64,000 nucleotides of DNA, from positions 5,411-69,410 of the forward strand of contig CAXGXE010000001.1 of NCBI GenBank assembly GCA_964013675.1. The letters run 5' to 3'. The position numbers and the translations under genes are program-made. The notes beneath the pieces are model-generated. The model was not told where the DNA came from and ran no database searches. It saw nothing but the letters and a program-made list of their open reading frames with translations. This DNA comes from an uncultured Verrucomicrobiales bacterium. GTDB taxonomy: Bacteria; Verrucomicrobiota; Verrucomicrobiia; Limisphaerales; UBA1100. Of this stretch, positions 56,487 through 64,000 are shown one piece after another; within the stretch, counting starts at the first letter, position 1, and each line of letters opens with the position of its first letter.

Positions 56487-57892
56487 GTGACGTGAATCTT
56501 TTGCCCGAACCGAAGTTTCTTCCTGAACTCCATCCCACCTTTCGCCCGGCGATCTTGGTGAACCGCGCCTTCGAGGCGGCGGTTCGTGACACCGGCGCGG
56601 CAGTGGACGTCGGTATCGGCCTCGAGCAGGCTGATGGTTCCGTGTTTCATCACCGCACCGTGCTGTTCTCGGCTGATCACGATCTGGAGCCTAACAATTT
56701 CCGTCACCTCGAGCGCATGGTAAAATTTCTCCTGTGGCAACGCGGCGGCTGGAAGATTCACCTGAGCGGCGCGGATGCTTATGTCGATCGGCTACAGGAT
56801 TATTATCGCACTAACGAGTTCGGCAAATTTGACGACGACGTGATTGGCGTGAAGAACAATCGTCACTCGCTCGAGGTGGTGGCTTGCGCCGAATTGCCCG
56901 CAGAAAATTTTCAGGCGCGCCCGATTGGCCGGCACTTGGACGGTTGCCGCATCGGCTTCGACTTGGGCGGCAGTGACCGCAAGGCGGCGGCGGTGATTGA
57001 TGGAGAAGTAAAGTTCAGCGAAGAGATCGTGTGGGATCCGTACTTTGAGCCGAACCCGGACTATCATTACGAAGGCATCATCGATTCCCTAAAGCGCGCC
57101 GCCGAACATCTCCCGCGCGTGGACGCCATTGGCGGCAGCGCCGCCGGCTGTTACTCGCACAACAAGGTAACGTGGGCCTCGCTTTTTCGCGGCGTGGGCC
57201 CTGAGGATTTCGAGGCCGTGGTGCGCGATATGTTCACCAACATTGCCGAGGAATGGAATTGCCCGCTGGAAGTGATTAATGACGGTGAGGTGACTGCCCT
57301 GGCCGGCTCAATGGCGCTGCGCAAGAAGGGTGAATCCGGCAACGGTGTGCTCGGCATTGCCATGGGCACGAGTGAAGGCGGCGGGTATGTGGATATGGAT
57401 GGCAACATCACCACGTGGCTCAGCGAGCTGGCCTTTGCCCCGGTGGATCTGCACCCCGAGGCACCGGCCGATGAATGGAGCGGCGACCTTGGCGTGGGTG
57501 CCCAGTATTTCTCGCAACAAGCAGTCGCCCGCCTGCTGCCGGCTTCGGGCATTGAGTACGATGCCAGCTTGAGCATGCCCGAGCAGTTGAAGATCGTGCA
57601 AAAGCTGATGGAAGAAGGCGACGAGCGCGCGCTGAAGATTTACGATGCCATCGGGATTTACCTCGGCTACACGCTGGCGCATTACGCGGAGTTTTATGAA
57701 TTCCAGTACGTGCTGCTGCTGGGCCGCGTGACCACCGGCCCCGGCGGTGAGCACATCATCACGCGCTCCAAGGAAGTAATGGCCTCGGAATTTCCGGAAC
57801 TGGCAGAACGGATAAAGTTCCACTTCCCGGATGAAACCGAGAAACGCCACGGCCAAGCCATCGCTGCGGCGAGCCTGCCGAAGATTAGCTAG
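56483..57892 (+). CDS. ROK/ASKHA-superfamily sugar-kinase-like protein with an approximately 150-aa N-terminal extension
   Basis: DLGGSDRK (phosphate-1) and INDGEVTALAG segments. ATGA overlap with the upstream hydrolase. I do not recognise the N-terminal domain. Confidence 0.6.
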   Translation: MSDVNLLPEPKFLPELHPTFRPAILVNRAFEAAVRDTGAAVDVGIGLEQADGSVFHHRTVLFSADHDLEPNNFRHLERMVKFLLWQRGGWKIHLSGADAYVDRLQDYYRTNEFGKFDDDVIGVKNNRHSLEVVACAELPAENFQARPIGRHLDGCRIGFDLGGSDRKAAAVIDGEVKFSEEIVWDPYFEPNPDYHYEGIIDSLKRAAEHLPRVDAIGGSAAGCYSHNKVTWASLFRGVGPEDFEAVVRDMFTNIAEEWNCPLEVINDGEVTALAGSMALRKKGESGNGVLGIAMGTSEGGGYVDMDGNITTWLSELAFAPVDLHPEAPADEWSGDLGVGAQYFSQQAVARLLPASGIEYDASLSMPEQLKIVQKLMEEGDERALKIYDAIGIYLGYTLAHYAEFYEFQYVLLLGRVTTGPGGEHIITRSKEVMASEFPELAERIKFHFPDETEKRHGQAIAAASLPKIS

Positions 57893-57966
57893 GCAAACGC
57901 AGACCGGGCTTGCAATCGTTCGTGGTCAGCCCATCATCGGGCCGTTCCACGAACGATTTTTTTGTC

Positions 57967-58689
57967 ATGAAACTGATGAAACTCATCCCCGCATTCCTCC
58001 TCGCGGCCGTCACTGTGACGGGCGCCGACCTCAACCAGCCGCCCAAGGGATTCAAGGCCCTGTTCAACGGCAAAGACCTCAAGGGCTGGTGGGGGTTGAA
58101 GACTGAAGACCCCGCCAAATGGATGGCGCTGGACAAGAAGGCGTTGGCCAAGAAAAAGGCGGACAGCCTCAAGGACATCCAACAACACTGGTCCGTGAAG
58201 GACGGCATCCTGATCAATGACGGGCATGGCCTTTACCTGAGCACCGTGAAAAACTACGGCGACTTTGAGTTGTACGTGGACTACAAAACCGTCGCCAAGG
58301 CCGACAGCGGTATTTATCTGCGCGGCGTGCCGCAAGTGCAGATTTGGGACACTACCAAGGAAGGTGGCAAATGGAAGATCGGCGCGGACAAAGGCTCCGG
58401 AGGTCTTTGGAACAATGGCCCTGCCGGTACGCCCGGTCGCGACCCACTCGTGCTGGCCGACAAGCCTTTTGGTGAGTGGAACACTTTCTACATTAAAATG
58501 GTCGGCGACAAGGTCACCATCAAGCTCAACGGCAAACTCGTCGTGGACAATGCGCCCCTCACCAATTTCTGGGACCGCAAAACGCCCAAAGCCAACCGCA
58601 AGCCTCTGATTGCCCGCGGCCCGATCCAGTTGCAAACCCACGGCGGCGAAATCTGCTGGCGCAATATCTTCATCAAGGAATTGAACTAA
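57967..58689 (+). CDS. DUF1080 (3-keto-disaccharide hydrolase-like) domain protein
   Basis: Signal peptide MKLMKLIPAFLLAAVTVTGA, FNGKDLKGWW, and C-terminal GPIQLQTHGGEICWRNIFIKEL, which is typical of DUF1080. Confidence 0.85.
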   Translation: MKLMKLIPAFLLAAVTVTGADLNQPPKGFKALFNGKDLKGWWGLKTEDPAKWMALDKKALAKKKADSLKDIQQHWSVKDGILINDGHGLYLSTVKNYGDFELYVDYKTVAKADSGIYLRGVPQVQIWDTTKEGGKWKIGADKGSGGLWNNGPAGTPGRDPLVLADKPFGEWNTFYIKMVGDKVTIKLNGKLVVDNAPLTNFWDRKTPKANRKPLIARGPIQLQTHGGEICWRNIFIKELN

Positions 58690-58690
58690 T

Positions 58691-59329
58691 ATGAAAAAAC
58701 CACTCATCGTACTCACTCTGCTGCTGAGCCTGAGCCTCAACGCGGTCGCTGAGGAGAAAGGCTTCAAGCCCCTTTTCAACGGTAAGGATTTCACCGGTTG
58801 GGCCGGCCCGATTGACAACTATCAGGTCACCGACGGCACTATCCAGTGCAAGCCCGGCAAAGGCGGCACCATCTACACCAAGGACAGCTACGACGATTTT
58901 GTCGTGCGCTTGGAGATCAAGCTGCCCGAAGGCGGCAACAACGGTCTTGCCATTCGGTACCCCGGCAAGGGCGACACCGCCTACGTGGGCATGTGCGAAT
59001 TGCAGGTGCTCGACAACACTTCTAAGAAATACTCCAAGCTTCACCCGGCGCAGTACCACGGCAGTGCTTATGGTATGGTCGCCGCCAAGCGCGGGTTCCT
59101 CAAAAAACCGGGCGAATGGAACACCCAGGAAGTCACCGTGAAAGGCCACACCATCAAGGTCGTGCTCAACGGCGAAACCATCCTTGATGCGGACCTGAGC
59201 AAGGTGGAGAAATCCATGGCGCCCATTGCCAAGTACAAGGGTCGCCTGCGCACCGAGGGCCACTTTGGCTTCGCCGGACACGGCGCAGCGGTGCAGTTCC
59301 GCAATGTGCGCATCAAGCGCCTGAAGTAA
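58691..59329 (+). CDS. DUF1080 (3-keto-disaccharide hydrolase-like) domain protein
   Basis: Signal peptide, FNGKDFTGW, and C-terminal GHFGFAGHGAAVQFRNVRIKRL. It starts 1 nt after its paralogue. Confidence 0.85.
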   Translation: MKKPLIVLTLLLSLSLNAVAEEKGFKPLFNGKDFTGWAGPIDNYQVTDGTIQCKPGKGGTIYTKDSYDDFVVRLEIKLPEGGNNGLAIRYPGKGDTAYVGMCELQVLDNTSKKYSKLHPAQYHGSAYGMVAAKRGFLKKPGEWNTQEVTVKGHTIKVVLNGETILDADLSKVEKSMAPIAKYKGRLRTEGHFGFAGHGAAVQFRNVRIKRLK

Positions 59330-59351
59330 GCGCGGGAAGAATCAAACTCAC

Positions 59352-59401
59352 GAACGGCGGCAGTGCGGCTATCCCCCCGCCTGTCGCCGTTCTTGTTTTT
59401 T
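59352..59401 (+). terminator. putative intrinsic terminator of the DUF1080 pair, embedded in the 3' end of the convergent gene
   Basis: 12-bp stem gaacggcggcag / ctgtcgccgttc (one G-U pair) with a 17-nt loop, followed by TTGTTTTTT. Confidence 0.5.
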
Positions 59402-60709
59402 CTGGGCCAACAACTGCTGACAGCCGTTGGCCATGTTCTGGTAAATCATAAACGACTCATCCGCCGCCAGCTTCTCTCTCACCAGCTCACTTAACGCATC
59501 CTTGCGCAGCGAGATCAATTCTTTCTCCAATTCATCCACGCACTCCTCATTCTCGCGCAACCGGCCAATGATGCTTTCAATCGCCTGATAATACTTATCA
59601 ATCCGATCCTTCCGTTTCTGCAGTAACCACTTGCGCACGCCACTCCCCAGACCCCAGAGAAGAATGCAGGCGGACAAAATAAAACCCATGGCCTCCGCGT
59701 ACTTCACCAGAAAGCCCGGTTCATCACGCCGGAAAAATTGTTCGGCCCCCACGTGAGTGGGAAATTGCAGCCGGGCGGTGGCCTGTGACTCATCCAAGTT
59801 ACTGAAAGCCGAATGCTTTTGTGACAACACCGCACGATGCTCAAAGATTGTGCGTGTAATTGTCTCGGCCAATTCTTCAGGCAACTCGCGATGACAGGTG
59901 AGCACGGCTTTCACGCCCACCGTGGGGATGGGTCGGATGGGATGGCCGGGTTTGCCATCGGCTCCCGGGTAGGCGAGTAACGGCAACGTGTGCGGAGTGA
60001 CATGCGGATAATGAACACGGAACCCCTCCGCCAACGTTTCGGCCCAAGTGCCGGCATGCGACCAATCCGAATCGGGAGCTGTGACCAGTGGCGTCAATTG
60101 CACTTTACCTGATTGCAACGCCTGCGCGCAGGCTGCATTGCCAAGACCGGTCAGAAACAGCAAAGCGTCCACTTCCCCGGCGACCAGTTGCCGCGTGGCC
60201 TCGGCCAAGGACAGGTTTTTTAAATTCAATTCGGTTACAGGCAGGCCGAGGTACTGGAAAAGTTCATGAGTGAACTGCTCGGATCCGCTGCCTTTGGGGC
60301 CGACTGCAATGGTGTGTTCGGCCAGATCATGCAGGGATTGGATGCCGGCATCGCGGTGGCAAAGGAAGTGCAGTAATTCCGGATGAATGGCGGAGAGACT
60401 GCGGGCTTGTGCACCGGCTTGCGTGTCATTTTGCAGCAGCGCCAGATCGGCATTCCGGTTTTGCAGGCGTTGAGCATTGTCCAAACTACCGTCCGTCTCA
60501 ATTACCTCAATGCGCAAGCGCGGATGGGCGGCTTGGAGTTCCGTGGCCAGATGCTGCGCGAGCTCGTGGTACAATCCTCCGCGCTGACCGGCGGCAAACA
60601 CCAGCCGTTGTTCCTCAGGCAGCAACCATCGCTGGCCCATAAATCCAACCAGCAATGCGCCCAGAACACCAAAGCCGATTAACCATTTGCGAAGAGATTC
60701 GTTTTCCAT
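59369..60709 (-). CDS. TAXI-family (TRAP-type) solute-binding domain protein, membrane-anchored, with C-terminal TM and coiled coil
   Basis: N-terminal TM, a TAXI-like core (FAAGQRGGLYHELAQHLA...IETDGSLDNAQRLQNRNADLALLQND), a second TM (FILSACILLWGLG), and an approximately 90-aa helical tail. Confidence 0.65.
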   Translation of the reverse strand: MENESLRKWLIGFGVLGALLVGFMGQRWLLPEEQRLVFAAGQRGGLYHELAQHLATELQAAHPRLRIEVIETDGSLDNAQRLQNRNADLALLQNDTQAGAQARSLSAIHPELLHFLCHRDAGIQSLHDLAEHTIAVGPKGSGSEQFTHELFQYLGLPVTELNLKNLSLAEATRQLVAGEVDALLFLTGLGNAACAQALQSGKVQLTPLVTAPDSDWSHAGTWAETLAEGFRVHYPHVTPHTLPLLAYPGADGKPGHPIRPIPTVGVKAVLTCHRELPEELAETITRTIFEHRAVLSQKHSAFSNLDESQATARLQFPTHVGAEQFFRRDEPGFLVKYAEAMGFILSACILLWGLGSGVRKWLLQKRKDRIDKYYQAIESIIGRLRENEECVDELEKELISLRKDALSELVREKLAADESFMIYQNMANGCQQLLAQKKQERRQAGG

Positions 60710-60727
60710 TAAACGGAATGAAAGGTG

Positions 60728-61894
60728 CTATTGTTGATTTTGAGGCGCATCGACCGGGACAAACGACTGGACACGGTCTATGTATGGTGTGATGGGGCCC
60801 GGGGAGTATCCTTGGCGGCGATCCAAGACCTTGCCACTTGGGTCCAAGAGAATCTGGGTGGGATAGGAGGTCACATTAAAACTCTTTGCCAAGCGGTTGT
60901 TCTCAGCTTGATCCTGTGGAGAGATATTTTTCTGCACAGGAAAATCACAGATGTGCATGAGGACGTGATCGCCAACGCGTTGTTGCCATTGGGCGCTTTG
61001 CAGGACTTTGTTGTTCAGGCTGATGCAGGAAGGGCACCAATCGGAGCCGGTGAACAGGAGGTACACGATTTTATTTTCCTGCTTCGCCTGCGCCAGTGTG
61101 GCGTTGAGGCCACTTAGTACCTGTTTGGTTTGTTTCTTGCCTCCTGTGCCGTGCAGGATGCGCGTGCTAGAATTACCGACACTGACCCCACCACTGGATT
61201 GAATGTGCGCCTTGACGACCATGCCGATGTCCGTCAGGTCACTGTCCTTTGACAGTTTTGCACTACCATCGGCGAGGGCGAGTTGCCCCTGGCTTTCAAA
61301 CAGGCCGGTCATGGCGTTTTCTGGTGGATTACCTTCTTTGTCCACACGTTCATCGGCTCCAACCCAGTGGGCATCGGCCAGATCGCTATGGGATAGGTTT
61401 CGTGTGGCTGCTAGCACGGTCATGGGGCGTCCGATGTCGCCGCCTTCACAGAAAACATAGCTGATGGCGTCATTGCGCATGGGACGGCCTTCGCGAGTTT
61501 TGTAAGTTTCCCAATCCTGCACGGCGTATTCTGCGGCAGCTTGGCGTTCGGCATCACAGGGCGACCAAAGAATTTTTGGGGTGACAATTTCCCGTTTCAC
61601 ACCGCGGCTGGCAAATATGGACCCGGGATCGAGGGCAAAATTTTTCCCGAAATGTTCAATCTGCCCACTGGGCGTCAGCTGCCAGGGAAGTCGGTCATCG
61701 TTATCCTGTGCAAACATAATAAGGCCAGTGCCGATTTGGCGCATGTTCGCCACACACTTGATGCGTTTGGCCTTGGCTAAGGCACGGGAGAGGGTGGGTA
61801 ACAGCATGCTGGCTAGGATGCCGATAATTGCGATTACCACGAGTAACTCAATCAAGGTAAAAGCTTGGCGGCGCCGCGAATGCGTTTGAACCAT
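60728..61894 (-). CDS. prepilin-type N-terminal domain protein fused to a C-terminal thioredoxin-like domain
   Basis: RRRQAFTLIELLVVIAIIGILASMLLP at the chosen start (Met at 61894). C-terminal thioredoxin fold with WCPSC (nt 61025-61036) and ...YPTQILLDPSGKVL. Confidence 0.75.
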   Translation of the reverse strand: MVQTHSRRRQAFTLIELLVVIAIIGILASMLLPTLSRALAKAKRIKCVANMRQIGTGLIMFAQDNDDRLPWQLTPSGQIEHFGKNFALDPGSIFASRGVKREIVTPKILWSPCDAERQAAAEYAVQDWETYKTREGRPMRNDAISYVFCEGGDIGRPMTVLAATRNLSHSDLADAHWVGADERVDKEGNPPENAMTGLFESQGQLALADGSAKLSKDSDLTDIGMVVKAHIQSSGGVSVGNSSTRILHGTGGKKQTKQVLSGLNATLAQAKQENKIVYLLFTGSDWCPSCISLNNKVLQSAQWQQRVGDHVLMHICDFPVQKNISPQDQAENNRLAKSFNVTSYPTQILLDPSGKVLDRRQGYSPGPITPYIDRVQSFVPVDAPQNQQ

Positions 61895-61977
61895 ACCGGA
61901 ACCTAAGCCTGTTTGGGCGGCCTCGCAAGTGAATTGCCTTGAATTTCTGGGAGTTATGTATCTAATACGTAAGCTCC

Positions 61978-62985
61978 ATGGCTGAGGTTTTTCCACAATT
62001 GTCGCGGCGGCCGCGGCGGCTGCGCCGTAATGCTTCGGTGCGGGCTTTGGTGCAGGAAACGCAGGTGACGGTAGATGATTTTATCTATCCGCTGTTTGTG
62101 CGTGAGGGCGAAGGTGCGGGCGAGCCGGTGCCTTCCATGCCGGGGGTGGAGCGGCACAAGATCGAAGGTTTGGTGGCGGAATGCCGGGCGGCTGCTGCGT
62201 TGGGTATCAAGGCCGTAGCCTTGTTTCCGGTGACGCCGGTGGAATTGAAGGATGAACGTGGCACCGAAGCGTTGAATCCTGATTGTCTTGTGTTGCGAGC
62301 GGTGAAGGCCGTGAAGGCAGCAGTGCCGGACTTGGTGGTGATTACGGATGTGGCGTTGGATCCTTACACGAACACCGGCCATGATGGCGTGCTCAATGCC
62401 TCGGGCAATGATGTGGATAATGATACCACGGTGGAGATCCTTGCCAAGATGGCGGTGGTGCAGGCTGATGCCGGAGTGGATTGGGTGGCGCCTTCGGATA
62501 TGATGGACGGCCGGGTGGGCGCGATTCGTTCAGCATTGGATGCGGCCGGTCACACGCAGGTTGCCATCCTTGCCTACTCGGCCAAGTACGCTTCGGCGTT
62601 TTATGGTCCGTTCCGTGATGCGGTTGGTAGCCAGCAAGCCGTTGGAAAAAGTTATTTGGATAAGAAGACTTACCAACTGAATCCGGCCAATCCTCGGGAA
62701 TCCATAATGGAAGCGGCACTGGATATCGAGGAGGGGGCCGATGTGTTGATGGTCAAACCGGCCGGGGCGTATCTCGATATTTTATGCCAATTGTGGCAGC
62801 TGACGGATTTGCCGTTGGCGGCGTATCAGGTGTCCGGCGAATATGCGCAAATCCATGCAGCGGCGGAGAAGGGCTGGCTGGACTACGCGGCGACGCGGGA
62901 TGAATCGCTGCTGGCGATTAAGCGTGCGGGTGCCAGTTTGATTCTCACTTACTTCGCCAAGGAGATCGCCGAAGAACAGGTCTAG
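61978..62985 (+). CDS. hemB: porphobilinogen synthase (delta-aminolevulinate dehydratase), Asp-rich/Mg-type metal site
   Basis: DVALDPYTNTGHDG (aspartate-rich rather than the Cys-rich Zn motif), active-site Lys contexts (SDMMDGR; MVKPAGAYLD), 335 aa. Confidence 0.95.
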   Translation: MAEVFPQLSRRPRRLRRNASVRALVQETQVTVDDFIYPLFVREGEGAGEPVPSMPGVERHKIEGLVAECRAAAALGIKAVALFPVTPVELKDERGTEALNPDCLVLRAVKAVKAAVPDLVVITDVALDPYTNTGHDGVLNASGNDVDNDTTVEILAKMAVVQADAGVDWVAPSDMMDGRVGAIRSALDAAGHTQVAILAYSAKYASAFYGPFRDAVGSQQAVGKSYLDKKTYQLNPANPRESIMEAALDIEEGADVLMVKPAGAYLDILCQLWQLTDLPLAAYQVSGEYAQIHAAAEKGWLDYAATRDESLLAIKRAGASLILTYFAKEIAEEQV

Positions 62986-64000
62986 TCTTCGGTCGACGGC
63001 GCCTGCTGCATCGTGACGGTGACCGGCGTGCTACAGCTTAGGTTGTACTCTCCCTGTAATTCATAGGCTGCCAAATTCACCGCATCGCGTACGGTCAATA
63101 ATTGGTGTGGCGAATGCAGCACATATGCCAGCCTCCAGCGCACGGCGTGATCGTCGTTTTCCTTGAGCGCAATACGCGGGGTGTCTTTGGCGGAAAGTCC
63201 ATCCGTTGCCTGACACGCCCGTTCATAGACTGCCTTCAAGTAGTCTTTTACATGATCGGCTGGCAAATCGTAACCGATTTTGAAATCCACAAAATCGCGA
63301 AACACGCCACCGGGGTTTTCCTTGTAGAAATCCACACGGCATTTGAGGAGCGTGGAATTGGGCACTTCGATGTCATGCCCGCGCACCAAATCGCGGATGA
63401 TGGTTTGCAGTCCGCGAATTTCGAGAATGATACCGAGCATGTCTTCATCGGGAATCGCAATTACATCCCCGCGCTGCATGCGTTCGCCGCTGATTAAGAG
63501 AATACCACTGAGAAAATCGCGCAGCCAATAATCCTTGGTGGTGAACACCAATACAGCGAGAAAGCCAACCACTCCGGTGGTTTGTAGGGAACTGGTCAAA
63601 CCCCAGATATTGATGAGCACCACCAGTGTGCTTAGGAGAATAACGCCGCTAGCTACCAGCTCGAGGGTGCGCGAAGTGGAGGTTTCCACTTTGCGAGTGA
63701 ATCCCATCACTGTGATTTCGTTGCCATAGCGGGCCAGCAACAACGCCTCGGTCAGGTGCACCAGCAGGTAGGCGATCAGGAGGGCGAGAAAGGTTTGGCT
63801 CAGTTGATCCGCGGGAAAGTGGTCGCTGTTCATTATCAGTGACACCACGAACATCACAAAGACGGTGAGGTTGAACCCGTGCAAAATGCGCAGGCGTGCC
63901 CGCATTTTGGCTTCGTCCTTGATCTCGCCATAGTGCGACGCAATAGATTTAGAAAATAGAAAAACCAGTGCGTTGACTGCGAAGGTAAAATACTCCAGTG
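62982..64000 (-). CDS. mechanosensitive ion channel (MscS) family protein; N-terminus probably outside the window
   Basis: TM helices followed by the MscS beta-domain (ERMQRGDVIAIPDEDMLGIILEIRGLQTIIRD). The reading frame stays open upstream of the listed Met (63905) to the window edge. Confidence 0.8.
   Translation of the reverse strand, partial: LEYFTFAVNALVFLFSKSIASHYGEIKDEAKMRARLRILHGFNLTVFVMFVVSLIMNSDHFPADQLSQTFLALLIAYLLVHLTEALLLARYGNEITVMGFTRKVETSTSRTLELVASGVILLSTLVVLINIWGLTSSLQTTGVVGFLAVLVFTTKDYWLRDFLSGILLISGERMQRGDVIAIPDEDMLGIILEIRGLQTIIRDLVRGHDIEVPNSTLLKCRVDFYKENPGGVFRDFVDFKIGYDLPADHVKDYLKAVYERACQATDGLSAKDTPRIALKENDDHAVRWRLAYVLHSPHQLLTVRDAVNLAAYELQGEYNLSCSTPVTVTMQQAPSTED

Overview
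This 64-kb window looks like a chromosomal segment from a PVC-superphylum bacterium, most likely Verrucomicrobiota. The inference rests on gene content: H-X9-DG prepilin-type proteins, three PSCyt/DUF1549/DUF1553 + DUF1501 gene pairs, DUF1080 proteins, a sulfatase and a PhoX-like protein. GC content is about 60% in core genes. I call about 58 protein-coding genes. They include a complete F1Fo ATP synthase operon (atpBEFHAGDC), nrdR, glyQS, hemB, and larB/larC. There is also an ABC/GldG-like/DUF4340/HtrA operon, a GntP permease, a DtxR/MntR-family regulator operon, and many secreted proteins of unknown function. I found no rRNA, tRNA, CRISPR array, transposase or phage gene. The most unusual signal is non-coding. 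A roughly 400-nt, + strand element (about 35750-36152) lies directly upstream of glyQS. It is an almost continuous chain of hairpins with seven C(UUCG)G-type loops. It ends in a terminator with built-in alternative pairings, and I cannot assign it to any RNA family I know. Other points worth a second look: an 8 x 123-nt tandem-repeat beta-propeller gene with a two-blade paralogue 9 kb away that shares 40-nt identical stretches; an A/T-rich block encoding a tandemly duplicated M90 (MtfA-like) peptidase with a zinc ribbon and a TM anchor, placed directly upstream of larC; a pseudopilin-thioredoxin fusion; and a membrane-anchored TAXI-type binding protein with no transporter partner. All functional calls come from motif recognition by eye. 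No database search was run.
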